64,000 nt of DNA from Takakia lepidozioides (taxonomy: Eukaryota; Plantae; Bryophyta): assembly GCA_030704615.1 (NCBI GenBank), contig CM060732.1, positions 74,214,001 through 74,278,000 on the forward strand, written 5' to 3'. The first letter of the stretch is position 1; each line of letters starts with the position of its first letter. Below the pieces are notes generated by a model. That model was not told the origin of the DNA. It saw only the letters and a list, made by a program, of their open reading frames with translations, and did not search any database. Position numbers and translations under genes: made by a program. Below, in pieces: positions 23,661 to 36,169 of the stretch.

Positions 23661-25137
23661 AATAATAAAAATAAAAATAACTCTCTGACACTCTTCGACC
23701 CACATGTAAATGTCAAGGGAGGTCTCCTGTGACATTAACCTACCGTGAGATTAACTTATCTGTTTCTCCCTATTAATATTTTGTTTTTCAATATTATTGG
23801 AAGTTATACATATGCCCAAGTTGTTTTGATAAAAATCTGTCTTAATAAAATTTATTGATATATTGTTCTGTTACTTTCCAATACTACCTCTCTATCATTT
23901 TCACTGCTGCTGATCAATTGCTGCTTCATCTTGCAACCACCACCAAACTCTGCTATGTGCTTGGCAGGGCGTAAGAAGGAATGGGAATTGTTCCAATGTG
24001 AGAGAGAGATGAAGCAAATTGTAAAAAGCTGTGAAGAATTGGATGCCATCCTTGGGGCCAGTATATATCCAAAGGAAGTCTCTGAGATTTGTAAGTATCT
24101 CAGTCCGAATATCACAAAACATTTTGGTCTAATATGGGCACTTGGTTGTATGTGGTAGTCAAGGGTCTTCTAAAACTAATAATTGTATTTGGTCATATTG
24201 TTTCATTAAACAAGAGAACACAATGGGGAGATGTAGAGTAGTAAATACCGTGGATTGTGTGAGAGAATTTGTAAGCCGATTGGTCAGTTAGCCACTGAGT
24301 GAATCTGATCATGGGTTGTATGAACGTCATGTAATATGAGGCAATGAGAGAAGTGGACAAATTCGATTTGTACACTGATTTGTCACCTGTCTTTGCATAG
24401 TCATTGCATAGCGTGAACGCTGTAAGTTGTGAGCAAGGTTCAGACAGATCTCAGAGTACTGAACATGTAGAAATAGCTCAGAAATGACCGCCTTGAGAGG
24501 GCATGACACACTGGTTTAGAACATGATTGAAATCAACCACCAAGGTGTATTGAGCACGAGCATCTAGACGGCAACGGCGAACTGTGAATCATCACTGTCG
24601 ACAGAGATTGGTAAATACAGAGTTGTGAGGACTGCCTGCAGTGAAATCTAGGGAAGCGTCGGTCAGATGAACACCGTTGACCATGGTGTAGCTCAGTGAG
24701 GGATGGCAAAGTGCAGGTGCTTGGACTACACGGGATGGTATCTTGCGCAATCATGCACAAATGAACAGGGAGTCACTTAGGGGTCATTTTCTCTTACGCT
24801 GCAGCGGCATGATGCGGTCGCATTAGACTGACGGGGTGAGTGGCCCTGTTTAGTTCTCGTGGTGGGAAGAGTAGAACCCCCCAATTTTACCTTACAAGAT
24901 CAACGTCGAGAACACTGGGGATTCTCAATTCATCACTAGCCTTCCATCCAAAACACTAGGATAAGTTGGCCTATGACCGACAGGCGTCTATGACCAATCC
25001 TCTATGACTCAACAGTACAGAAATGCACTCAACAGTACATCATGGTCAATACTCTCAGGAAATGGTGGATGATCTGAGTAGCTACACAGATCAATGAATG
25101 AAGCAAGACACTCGCATCTTTCCAAGAAAACATCCTT

Positions 25138-28100
25138 TCACCAGTAATCCCCACAAGAACAAATCCCATCTTCAAAGTGGTGAAAGCGGTTAGCGTCCCG
25201 TACAACAATTGCTCGGCCAACAATCTTTGAGATGAATTTGGTGGAGGTGTGGCAGTCACCACACACTCGAAGATTCTTGATGAGACGGAGAGGCGTCCTA
25301 GGGGTTGTGCTGATCAGGCCCAAACCAATGGCAAGCTTCTCGCTGTGGTGGCAAAGAGAAAATTCCTTTTCCTCCTCCCCAACATCATGCAATACAAAGC
25401 GCGTGTCAGGCACGTACCCCGCCTCCTTCATCTGCCCAGACAATCTTCTCAGCTCAGCATGGATTTCCTTAATTCTGGGATGCAATCTGTCATCTACAAC
25501 GAAGGTGTGCACCCTGTTGCCAACCTCAATGCAGCAGCGACCTGGCTCCTTTCTAACCCCTCTGACCTTCATCATTCTTCTCACCTTTGCAGTATCATCC
25601 CACCTGCCAGCTGCAGCATAGATGTTTGATAGCAACACATAAGTTGCGGCATCCTGTTCATCCCACTTGAGGATAGATGTTGCCGCACATTCAGCCATCT
25701 CCACATTGCCATGGATTCTGCAGGCACCAAGCAAGGCCTTCCACACCAAAACATCTGGTTTGATTGGCATTTTATTAATCAGGTCCACTGCCTCATCCAG
25801 TTGTCCCGCACGTCCAAGAAGGTCCACCATGCAGCCGAAGTGCTTTACTGTCGGAGTGACACCATGATCTTGAGTCAGGGAATCAAAGTAGCGTCTTCCT
25901 TCATTCAGTAGGCCACTGTGGCTGCATGCAGAGAGAACACATATAAAGGTGATACTGTCCGGCTTCAAGCCGTTCATTTGCATTCCTTCATATAGTTGCT
26001 GGACCTCCCTATGACAACCATGCTGGGCATATCCTGCGATCATCGCGTTCCACGACACCACATCTCGTTCAGCCATAGTGTTGAAAACTCCCTTCGCATC
26101 CTTAATGCACCCACATTTGGCATACATGTCCACCAGTGCAGTGTTCAGAATGACATCGGGTACAACTCCACTTTTGACAATGTCCCCATGGACCTCTTTG
26201 CTCTTTTCCAGGGCTGCCAGGCTTGCACATGCATTGCAAATGCATACAAACGTGATGTGGTCGGGCTTCACCCCTTGCCCCATCATTTGATCATAGGTCT
26301 CCAAAGCTTCCATCCCGCGTCCCTGCTGTGCATATCCTGCAAGCATCGCGTTCCACGACACCAAATCTCGTTCAGCCATATTGTTGAATACTCCCTCCGC
26401 ATCCTCAATGCTCCCACATTTCGCATACATGTCCACCAGGGCAGTGTTCAGAATCACATCTGGTACAATTCCAGCTTTAGTGATGCAACCATGCACCTCT
26501 TTGCCCTTTTCCAGGGCTGCCAGGCTTGCACACGCATTGCAAATGCAAACAAACGTGATGTGGTTGGGCTTCACCCCTTCCCCCATCATTTGCTCATAGG
26601 TCTCCAAAGCCTCCAACCCGCGCCCCTGCTGTGCATACCCTGCAAGCATCGCGTTCCACGACACCACATCTCGTTCAGCCATAGTGTTGAAGACTCCGTT
26701 CGCATCCTGAATGCACCCACATTTGGCATACATGTCCACCAGGGCAGTGTTCAGAATGACATCGGGTACAATTCCAGATTTGACGATGTCACCATGGATC
26801 TCTTTGCCCTTTTCCAGGGCTGCCAGGCTCGCACATGCATTGCAAACGCATACAAATGTGATATGGTCGGGCTTCACCCCTTCCCCCATCATTTGATCAT
26901 AGGTCTCCAAAGCCTCCATCCCACGTCCCTGCTGTGCATATCCTGCAAGCATCGCATTCCACGACACCACATTTCGTTCAGCCATACTGTCGAAAACTCC
27001 CTTCGCATCCTTGATGCACCCACATTTGGCATACATGTCCACCAGGGCAGTGTTCAGAATGACATCGGGTACAATTCCAGATTTGATGATGTCGCCATGG
27101 ACCTCTTTGCTCTTTTCCAGGGCTGCCAGGTTTGCACACGCATTGCAAATGCAAACAAACGTTATGTGGTTGGGCTTCAACCCTTCGCACATCATTTGCT
27201 CATAGGTCTCCAAAGCCTCCATCCCGAGCCCTTGCTGTGCATATCCTGCAATCATCGCACTCCACGACACCACATCTCGTTCAGCCATACTGTTGAACAC
27301 TCCCTTTGCATCCTTGATGCACCCACATTTGGCATACATGTCCACCAGGGCAGTGTTCAGAATGACATCGGGTACAATTCCAGATTTGATGATGTCACCA
27401 TGGACCTCTTTGCCCTTTTCCATGGCTGCCAGGCTTGCACACGCATGGCAAATGCAAACAAACGTTATGTGGTTGGGCTTCACCCCTTCGCACATCATTT
27501 GCTCATAGGTCTCCAGAGCCTCCATCCCACGCCCCTGCTGTGCATATCCTGCAATCATCGCACTCCACGACACCACATCTCGTTCAGCCATACTGTCGAA
27601 CACTCCCTTCGCATCCTCGATGCACCCACATTTTGCATACATGTCCACCAGGGCAGTGTTCAGAATGACATCTGGTACAATTCCAGCTTTGATGATCTCA
27701 CCATGGACCTCTTTCCCCTTTTCCAGAGCTCCCAGGCTTGCACACGCATTGCAAACACAAACAAACGTGATGTGGTTGGGCTTCACCCCTTCGTGCAGCA
27801 TTTGCTCATAGGTCTCCAAAGCATTCCTACCACACCCATGCTTGGTAAATCCTGCCAACATTATATTCCATGTGATCAAGGATCGTTGAGGCATTCTGTT
27901 GAACACTTGGTGAGCATCCATGATGCTCCCGCACTTAACATACATGTTGACAAGGGTGTTGAGTAGAAAAACATTTGGGGTGAATCCACTTTGGATAATG
28001 TGAGTGTGCACCTGCTTGCCAGCTTCCAGGCCTTTCATTTTGATGCACTTATGCAAGAGACAGACATACGTATCTGAATCTGCTGCAATGCCTCCTTGGT

Positions 28101-28377
28101 TTAAAGTCTGTAGAGCCTCTTTCAGTCTGCCTGTATCACAAAGCATCTTCACATGCCCAGAAGTGCCAGAAGAGCCTTTGTGGACTCCCTCTCTTGATCC
28201 TCTTCCAGAAGCTGTGGTCATGGTTGAGGTGCCTGATTTTATGACCAGTGCTGCTGCAGCTGCCGCTTCTAGTTGACCATCTACCCATGTAGGTTTCTTG
28301 TAGCTATCCTTCCACAGGGAATCATAGGTAATCTGGAGCTTGAAATCCTGCCCTCTTGGATGAATCTGGACCCACAC
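25138..28377 (-). CDS. PLS-class PPR protein with E/E+/DYW domain, paralog with one extra PLS triplet, 1079 aa ORF
   Basis: Same architecture as 19112-22048 and exactly 101 aa longer. HSEKLA, CGDCH and HHFEDGICSCGDYW are intact. Confidence 0.95.
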   Translation of the reverse strand: MWVQIHPRGQDFKLQITYDSLWKDSYKKPTWVDGQLEAAAAAALVIKSGTSTMTTASGRGSREGVHKGSSGTSGHVKMLCDTGRLKEALQTLNQGGIAADSDTYVCLLHKCIKMKGLEAGKQVHTHIIQSGFTPNVFLLNTLVNMYVKCGSIMDAHQVFNRMPQRSLITWNIMLAGFTKHGCGRNALETYEQMLHEGVKPNHITFVCVCNACASLGALEKGKEVHGEIIKAGIVPDVILNTALVDMYAKCGCIEDAKGVFDSMAERDVVSWSAMIAGYAQQGRGMEALETYEQMMCEGVKPNHITFVCICHACASLAAMEKGKEVHGDIIKSGIVPDVILNTALVDMYAKCGCIKDAKGVFNSMAERDVVSWSAMIAGYAQQGLGMEALETYEQMMCEGLKPNHITFVCICNACANLAALEKSKEVHGDIIKSGIVPDVILNTALVDMYAKCGCIKDAKGVFDSMAERNVVSWNAMLAGYAQQGRGMEALETYDQMMGEGVKPDHITFVCVCNACASLAALEKGKEIHGDIVKSGIVPDVILNTALVDMYAKCGCIQDANGVFNTMAERDVVSWNAMLAGYAQQGRGLEALETYEQMMGEGVKPNHITFVCICNACASLAALEKGKEVHGCITKAGIVPDVILNTALVDMYAKCGSIEDAEGVFNNMAERDLVSWNAMLAGYAQQGRGMEALETYDQMMGQGVKPDHITFVCICNACASLAALEKSKEVHGDIVKSGVVPDVILNTALVDMYAKCGCIKDAKGVFNTMAERDVVSWNAMIAGYAQHGCHREVQQLYEGMQMNGLKPDSITFICVLSACSHSGLLNEGRRYFDSLTQDHGVTPTVKHFGCMVDLLGRAGQLDEAVDLINKMPIKPDVLVWKALLGACRIHGNVEMAECAATSILKWDEQDAATYVLLSNIYAAAGRWDDTAKVRRMMKVRGVRKEPGRCCIEVGNRVHTFVVDDRLHPRIKEIHAELRRLSGQMKEAGYVPDTRFVLHDVGEEEKEFSLCHHSEKLAIGLGLISTTPRTPLRLIKNLRVCGDCHTSTKFISKIVGRAIVVRDANRFHHFEDGICSCGDYW

Positions 28378-29485
28378 TCTATCCCTGCTCCTTCAGCTAT
28401 CTATGCCTCTGACAGCCTAGATTTCTTCCACCAAACACCCCAACCATACTTATCACACTAATTCCTATGCTGACTTGCGTCTGCTTCCAACAGGCACTCA
28501 CCTTTTTGTCTCGATTGTTCCACCCTTGACTGCGGTAGGAAACGTGTTCATTCCAGAGCTTCTCCTCGTCTCTGTTATCTATTTTTCGATACCTTCCTGT
28601 TGCCACATCGGCAGTAACATGTCAAAATCACTCCAAAACCACCATAGATCCACCAACGAGCTAACTTGCAGAATTCAACATGAAAGTTTAGGGACAAATC
28701 TGACAACAGGGAAAAACAGGCTGAAATGTGTTGAAGAAGGAGCCTTCATTAGCAGTGCCTTGTTCTATCAATTGTGCTGCTGCCGCTGCTGTTTCCAGTT
28801 GACCATCTGCCCACGCAGATTTCTTGTAGCTATTGATCCACAGGGAATCAGAAGTAATCTTGTGTTTGAAATCCGGCCCTCTTCGATGAATCTGGACCTC
28901 TATCCCTGGTCCTTCAGCTATCCCTGCCTGTGTACAAATCATGAATACATCCTCAGCCTTGCTGCTAGCACCGACACTGACGGCGTGAAGTTCTTCCAGC
29001 AAACAGCCCAACCCTACTTATTACAGTAGTTCCAATTCTGAATTGCATCTGCTTCTCTCTGTAGTCCAACAAGCATGCACCTTTTTGTCTCCATTGTCCC
29101 ACCATTGACTGGGGTTGGAAAAGTGTTCATTCCAAAGCTTCTCCTCATCTCTGTTATCTGTTTTTTGATACTTTCCTGCTGCCACATTGGCAGTAACTTG
29201 TCAAAGTCACTCCAAACCACCACAGATCCACCCAACGAGCTAACTTACAGAATTCAATATGTATCGAGTGTGAGGAGAGGGCAAAACAGGCTGAAATAGG
29301 TTGAAGAAGAAGGTGCCCTCACCACATTGTCCTTGACCTTGTGTCATGACCCCTGGAGGATGCGACCGACCATCAACCCAAAGGGACCTCTTGTGTATGC
29401 TTCTTGTGTCTGTAGTCAGGTAATGTCGGATTGGTCTGTGAGAACCACCACGGTGCAGCTGAGCAGGCAGAGATTGAAACACGGC
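28230..29485 (-). repeat. Tandem upstream units of the second PPR copy (3 units)
   Basis: Units near 28397, 28920 and 29480 correspond to those of the + copy, with one unit fewer. Confidence 0.8.
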
Positions 29486-30148
29486 CTGCTAAGACCAAGC
29501 TGACTCTCCCAAGAACCCTGTAAACATCAGGAAGAATACCAAATCATGGTACTACCAGGAGCCAAGAGCCCACATTTGCAGGATGGACAAACTTCTTCAC
29601 ATCGTACATTAAGAAAAAGCCACACCTTGCGATTGCGGTTGTCCCACCATCGTGAAGGATCGTGCCAGCTCTGCTCCGTGCTCCAAGGTAGGGGTTTGTA
29701 CTGGAACATCCGACAGCATCAACATTTTGACAAGGTCCTTTACGGAGGGGTGCTAGTGAGCTTTCAACAACATTCATGCAAGTTGTTTTGGGCTCCATTG
29801 GGCTCTACACGATGAGGAACAACGAACATGTCCAGACTTACACAGATGCTTAACCCAGCTTATGTTTGTAGTCCGGGAGATTGTAGAGTGGTCTCAGAAA
29901 ACGACCAGGGAGGAAGGCGCTGAGCAGCCAGAGAGTTTTACCTCTGCAATATGTACCCCAAAGTCGTTTAAAAAATAAAATGAGCCAAAGCCGGGTGGAC
30001 ATAAACACAGTCCAAGGAAGGTGGGCAAGGTGGATATGGCATGCGGGCCCAGATGGGTACTGCCTCGGGAAAGTGGCAGTTGCATGTGGGGCCCATTTGG
30101 AGGCTGCATGCAAGCGCTAACTGCGACTAACCTTCTAGGCTACAATAT

Positions 30149-31506
30149 GGGAGGTTGGGGAGGCCATGAGCACAAAGGCATTTTCCCCGAATTTTCATGA
30201 AATTTCCACAGCGAAATGAAAAGAAAAAGAAAAGAGAAACGAAATTGGTGAAACTAACAATTATGCAAAATTAACACATAAATAATGCACTGTTGTTATC
30301 TGGCTCTGCTGTTTTGGTGGTAGGAAGGTTAGATTCAGCTTTTCGGCTCGGCTGCTCTCTGACTTAGCAGTTCTAGTTGTTGGTTGGCCTCTTGCTATCC
30401 GCTTTCAGCTTCTGCTCTAGCTTTTGTTTCCGGATGCCCATCTGCGCGCATCTGCTTTCTTTGGGCTCTGCGATGCATTTTGCTCTTTCATGGCCTTTCT
30501 TTCATGACATCTCTCTTTTTTCATTCTCGTGGTCTCTCGGAATTATGGTTACAGGGTGGTACCCCCCCCCAGAAAGCCTTCAGGGCCCCAGGGTGGTTAT
30601 TTTTTCCACTTCATTGTACCTTAATAAATTTCCACGGCCTCTGTCCCCTGTTCTGTAATAAAATAAAATAATTTTTTTAAAAAAAAAAACACATAAAGAA
30701 CAAGCGTCATCTCTGGGCAGTGAAAGTGACCCTGCTCTTGTTTCCATGCCTTGGCTCCTTGCCCTGGGCCTCTCTCTTCTGTGGGGATCGGCTGCCTTCA
30801 AGCGTTAGGTGTCTCGGCTCTTTCCAAGTCTTCTCTCTGGTTTTGGCTTGGTTGTTTTTGTTCCCTCTTGTTCCTCTCTTTCGCTGGCCCAGTCATTAGA
30901 TGCTTGGCTCCTTCTCTTTAGGCTATCTCTGCTAGATGTTTTTTCTCTCTGCTCTGGATTCTCAAAGTTGTATCGTCCTAGATCAGCCTCTATGGCACCC
31001 TGTGTTGAGGTTATTTTTTCCTCATGTAACTGCCTTCGGATGCTTTCTCCGCATTTTGTAGTAAAGATTTCAGGGCCTCTGTCCCCTGTTCTCCCAAAAA
31101 AAAAAAAAAAAAACAAGCAGCCCCTATACCTGATGAACTGTTACCCTACAAGCATGGCTTTTTCTCCATAATAGAAAGTTTTGACTCAAGCTATACCACT
31201 AAGGGTTCTCAATGCGAAACCCACCATTGCTTAGATTTGTACCCAATTCACATATCATTTCTCAATGCGAAATTCAGCCGCTGCCTATAGGTTTAGGGTT
31301 TTTGGCTACACTACTAAAGGTTTCGCCTTGCTGAATTGGCGCAGATGTACCGCACAAATGCACGAGTCATTTATACCCGCTTATGGTCTTCCGTTTTGAA
31401 AATATATAACTCCTATGAGCGAGGTTCAAAAACATAAAACTCCCATGACCGTGGGTTGTGCTCACGTGAGCATGCTCACACTGTGCTCACATTATACCAA
31501 CCCCCC
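30149..31506. mobile_element. Candidate non-autonomous TIR element with nested LINE 3' fragments
   Basis: Absent from the other arm. Ends GGGAGGTTGG..ATGAGCAC and GTGCTCAC..CCAACCCCCC; flanks AATAT / AATGT. Confidence 0.45.
30380..31112 (+). mobile_element. Two tandem 5'-truncated LINE-like 3' ends with A-rich tails
   Basis: Shared tail GGTTATTTTTTCC...GGCCTCTGTCCCCTGTTCT plus poly(A) at about 30595-30690 and 31008-31112. The same tail occurs inverted at 16437-16530 and in related form near 50690 and 53180-53265. Confidence 0.55.
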
Positions 31507-31684
31507 AATGTGGTGACGCTGCAAGCTTGATGTGAAGATGGGAGACAACAACCGTTGATCGTGACCTATTGCCATCTCACGACTTAGACACGTTTCAATA
31601 CCACATCATACCTCGCCAACTTGGCAATCTCAAAACTCAAGTTTTTCATATCTAAGTGGGTACCATGGTAATGGGCACATACCA

Positions 31685-31800
31685 CCTTGGAAGTGGTTGT
31701 GGGTTCAATTCACCAATAAATGTCACAAAGGTGCCCACCTTCATGCCGGAAGGCAATAGCCCTTTACGGTCAAGAGACACCATAATTTACATTTTCTTTT
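31685..31800 (+). mobile_element. Dispersed SINE-like repeat (also inverted at about 32610-32690 and 49625-49730)
   Basis: B-box-like GGTTGTGGGTTCAA, followed by a shared core GTG(T/C)CCACCTTC...GAAGGC...ACCATAA(T/G)TTAC in three places. Confidence 0.5.
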
Positions 31801-32689
31801 GGAAACGGCCACCCACTTCAGAACATAATTGCTACAGTTGGAGACCAAATTTGGGAGCATGTATGAAACAATTGTGCATAGTTTCATGCAACAATAAGCG
31901 ATACAGGCTAGTGTCCACCGAAGCAGGTTCCTATCGTTGGTGTGGCTCCTGGTGTTCTCAGTAACTACTTGAGTTGTCAATCTCAAACAAGCCGAAAAAC
32001 TCTCCTGAAATCCCCTTTAAGAAAGTGAGGTCTTTTTCTTTTGCTTCCAGTAACCATCCAACATCTCAAAATCGAAGCTTTTGGTCCGTCATGTTGGTTC
32101 AATTAACATCAATAAAATTACACCAACTAAGGGATAACTTATGTGAATAATGAAAAGAAAATATACTTACTGCTCATCCTTTGGCTGTGAAGGCAGAGCC
32201 ATCAAAGGATTTGTAGCGGGCCGTGGTGCGATGCTCAAAAGGGTTGGGATTCTCATTTTCAGCTCGCATGCAAGTTTTGGGGGTAAAGTAAGCATATAAG
32301 AATAATGTCCCCCAAGTTTGCGTGGGCCCTATCCATTAGAGCATGGTCCAGAAATTAAAAAGGGAGGGAAATATTATAAGCTACACAAGGATTTGAAGAA
32401 ATAACCGTTGTGTAAGGGGGTAAGAAAATAGACAGTACGAAGGCGACAGCTATTAAATGGGGGATGGTCAAGCGCCAAATTGGGATAAGCAAAGTACATG
32501 CGTCTAGGGGGTGACATGTGGGGGACAACCTTCTAGAAGGGTCCACCACTTGAGGGGATCGGCCCGCCACCCTGAGAGGGTAATATCTTTAAATATAATG
32601 TTTGACGCCTCCCGAAGGAAGTGTAAATTATGGTCTCTCTTCACCGCGAAGGGTTACTGCCTTCCGCTAGGAAGGTGGACACCCACATT

Positions 32690-34993
32690 GCCCCCTGAGG
32701 AAGTCACGATATCTTGTTTGTTGGGTTAGAGCTCGTACCAGATCATCTGTTGTAGCAATGTACAGATCTCTTTCTGCTTTGCCAGATTGCTGCTTCCAGG
32801 CGGCGTAAACGCTTTCTGCCAGGTTGCAGGACGGCATGTCCGCAATGTCCTCAAGGGACATGTCCTGTGAAAAGAAAATGAAATAGCGTCATTTATGCAA
32901 GCGTGGATCGTTCTGGGAACAAGGAAAGAAACTGGGCACATACAAGGGATTGCAGAGGTGAAATGCAGCTTACAGTAGTCATGAAAGCCCCCCATTGCCG
33001 GTATCTGAAGTGCCAGAAGACCAACCAGTCTTCCAATTCTTTGACACCATCCTGATCAGTAGCCCCTGACGAGAACCACCATGCTCTCACTGTCTGGTAC
33101 CTGGTCTCAGCCTCTTCCATTGTAGTCGCATTCTTGTACATGAAGCAGAGCCTCATGTGCTCCGCCTGCAAATCTCTTCTGATGCACCTCTTCGTATGTT
33201 TCTGCAGGGACTGAGTCTAGTGGAATAGACATGTGCGCTCCCTATTAGGCATGGGTACGTTTGGATCACTAGATCCAAAAACTCGGCGCACAGCGTTGAA
33301 GTTAGCCTGTGCACTATCCGCCATAAACCCGTTGAAATTTATGCCTGTATGTCATGACTGAAAGCAAACAATTCCACATTATCATCTGGGACTCTGTATC
33401 TTCAGACTGCATGTCACAGATGGCAATTGTCATTATTCTTTGGTAGATTGGGTCGTAAACATGGCAAGACATGGTTGTCCAGCCCTTCACTCGTTTGCAA
33501 TGATCGAACATCATCCAGGCTTTCTCCAGATCCCCCCCTGGTTGCATACGTCTAGCCAGGCTAACGCCACTGCCCTCGCCCACCGTAGACATCTTGAACA
33601 AGTAAACCTTTGAAGACCCCTGACCCGGGAAGACGCTAGATTGGATAAAGTCATATTGACTTATTCGCTTGAGCTCCATAATGTTGTCAATGGACCCTGT
33701 GTTTCCACCGCGCACTCTCAATGCATTCACCTGATTCCTAATATTGGGGGAGCTCAACACGGAGAAGTGATCCATCACTGCATCCAAAGATGCCCCCTCA
33801 AGTCTTGAGCTGGATTCGCTTCCTTGCCCCAGAATGTGCCTCTCCAGGAAACTTTTGTTGGCAGCCAGCGCTATGGCAGATGGTTTGGCTGAGGGGGACT
33901 TTGCAAACTCCCCCGCGACAAGCCCACGCGCCAACTCCACACTATCTCTGCAATCGCCGTGAGACACAAGATGGTCGTGAGTCCCAAAATGGATGTAGGC
34001 TCGAGTCATGGTTTTGCAACGGTGAGTAACGTAGTACATGCGAGCAGGGCAATGTGCAATGCAGGAGGGGGCCACCTTGCAGAACTTACAAACAAATGTA
34101 CTGGCAGACGGTGGGGCACAGCACAGCCTAGGATAAAAGGATTGTTAGAGAGTCCTTCCCACTCACTCTCATTTTTAGCACCGCTCTTTGTGAAACGCAG
34201 GCAACTTCCATTCACACATCTCAGATGCCCAACACAAACGCTCCTTCTGAATGTCAAGTTAACATTGTTGTGGATATTGGACGTTTTGGTTCTACACCAT
34301 GGATGGCCGTCATGCTTTCTATCCATTCATTGCAAGAGACCTGCAAGACCCCCAGCACAAGTTGGTGGATTCAGTTCAAAGAGGATGTCACCGTCGAAGG
34401 AAGGTTGAAGGAATGGAACCCTTTTTGTTGCGAATGAATCCCACAGTATCCCTGCGATCTCGTTTTTTGATCCTGGTTTTCCTGACAATGCTTTAAGATG
34501 TGGGATGACGCTTACAATTTCCTGAACATCGACGTCCCCTTCAGGAAGATGGTTCATGGGAGCCAGTATGTCCGCGAATTCATCATCCGAGGAATCCGAC
34601 AGTGTGACAGAAGTTGTTGAAGTGGTGTCCTCCTGCTTCACAGTCACATGTCGCTTTCTTTGAACGACAGAGGCAGCTGTCCTAGGAGTGAGAATGGAGC
34701 CACCGGATTGTCTCCTTTCACTTCGGAACACACGATATTTTCCAGGAAGAACTCTCCATTCCTTGTGTTTCTATGCAACATGTGGATTCTGGAACAACGT
34801 TCTTTGAACGTTTCCCTCCAAGTCATAAAATCTCCTTCTCGACAGAAACACAGCCAATGTCAAGCTTGAACCTTGCTGCCAGAACATGCTCGTCCACCAC
34901 AGCAAAACCATCATCTTCAACCGCGGCATTGAAAGGACAAGGTTCTTCAATATACTGAAACTCGGCGAAGGCCACGTCATTAGGAGAATCCAT
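32690..34993 (-). pseudogene. MULE-like DDE transposase, disrupted (copy 2)
   Basis: Homologous to copy 1: HDGHPWCRTKTSNI, WMMFDHCK, GFMADSAQAN, CLFH*, CNLAESVY. Several stops and frameshifts, an intron near 32867-32972, and 3' truncation at the SINE-like repeat. Confidence 0.85.
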
Positions 34994-36169
34994 GTGGTGA
35001 AGATACGATGGTGAGTACCAATACAATTGTGCGACATGGACAGTTAAAAACCTTCCGGAGGCGATTGCCACATTCCAAAAGTGTTTGCTAAGGCAAGAGG
35101 CAGTTGTACAATTGGCCCTACACATCAACCAATAACAGTCAAGGGTATTGAACCACACCGCCAAAACAGTTGGGCAGTTGCCAAATTGATGGAGAAGGGA
35201 ACCAAACTGTTTATTTTGTCAGTGTCACACCACCGGGAAAAGACGGCGCCGTCTTGGATATGACAATCCAATGTGCGTTTTACGGCGTTCCACAACGTGA
35301 ACCCGGACAGTGCATTGAGTGCCGAACCCGGGCAATATCCGACGCCGGATGAACGCGGCCCCATGGCGTTCTTGACGTTATGTACGTTTTCTTTTCAAAG
35401 AAGGCAAAATCCGTGTTTGATAGGGCAATGACATGTCTCATGTGCGCAATATTTCATCCAAATCACCAAACATCCACATTTGAAGATAACGGCCTTATTG
35501 ATGGCAATAGGGGCGCCCAATAAACCGCAGCCAGTGAGAGCGATCCATTTGGGGGGTTAGAAGGCAGACACGCACGTCCTTAACCACATGCATAACTAAT
35601 GGCTTAAGAGGGTTCCTTACTTTCTCTATTGTTGTTAGTCAAGCTGGAGAGCTGCGGGAGTGAGAGAGAAAACATAGGAAGAAGACGTAGAAGGCAGTCC
35701 CTTTACTTCACGAGTGTGAGAGAGAGGAAAAACGCGCGAGTTAGAATGAGAAAGTTGCGCAATATGCAAAACGCTAATGAGCAGGTTGCACAGGATACGT
35801 CCACCCAGGAATCACAACAGATGACATAGGAGGTCCAGCCTGAAATGGAGGGAAGAAGGGAAGGGGAGGAGACTGCCCCGGAGACCATTGTGCATGACAT
35901 GGACATCGATCGACACCACCGTCGGTGAGAAAGAAGCGATTCCAAAGGAGGCGGTGAGGAAGCAGCAAGAAGAGGCATCAAGAAGTGGTGTCATGAAACC
36001 CAAGGTGATCCTTCTCCCAATCTGCATGAATCTCGCTTGACTGTCATACCAAGTGCATAGACAAGATACGAGAGATCCCCTGAAAATTGGGTGCGACAGC
36101 ACAATCAGTTTTGAGGGGAGCTCTATCACTAGCAGGATCTGCAATGGAAGCCTGAGAGGGACACGTGGA

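Larger units (their letters stand above)
16663..31613. repeat. Large inverted duplication (arms about 16663-23463 and 24241-31613)
   Basis: Reverse-complement matches: 16773 with 30121, 17094 ORF with 29798 ORF, PPR with PPR, 22050-22900 with 24320-25137, and 16663-16755 with 31508-31613. Each arm has its own insertions. Confidence 0.92.

Noticed and set aside
25996-27966. 656-aa antisense ORF
   Set aside because: Shadow frame of the second PPR gene, with the same 101-codon periodicity.
31285-31305. Telomere-like TTTAGGG (also TTAGGG at 10545)
   Set aside because: Single copies only, not an array.
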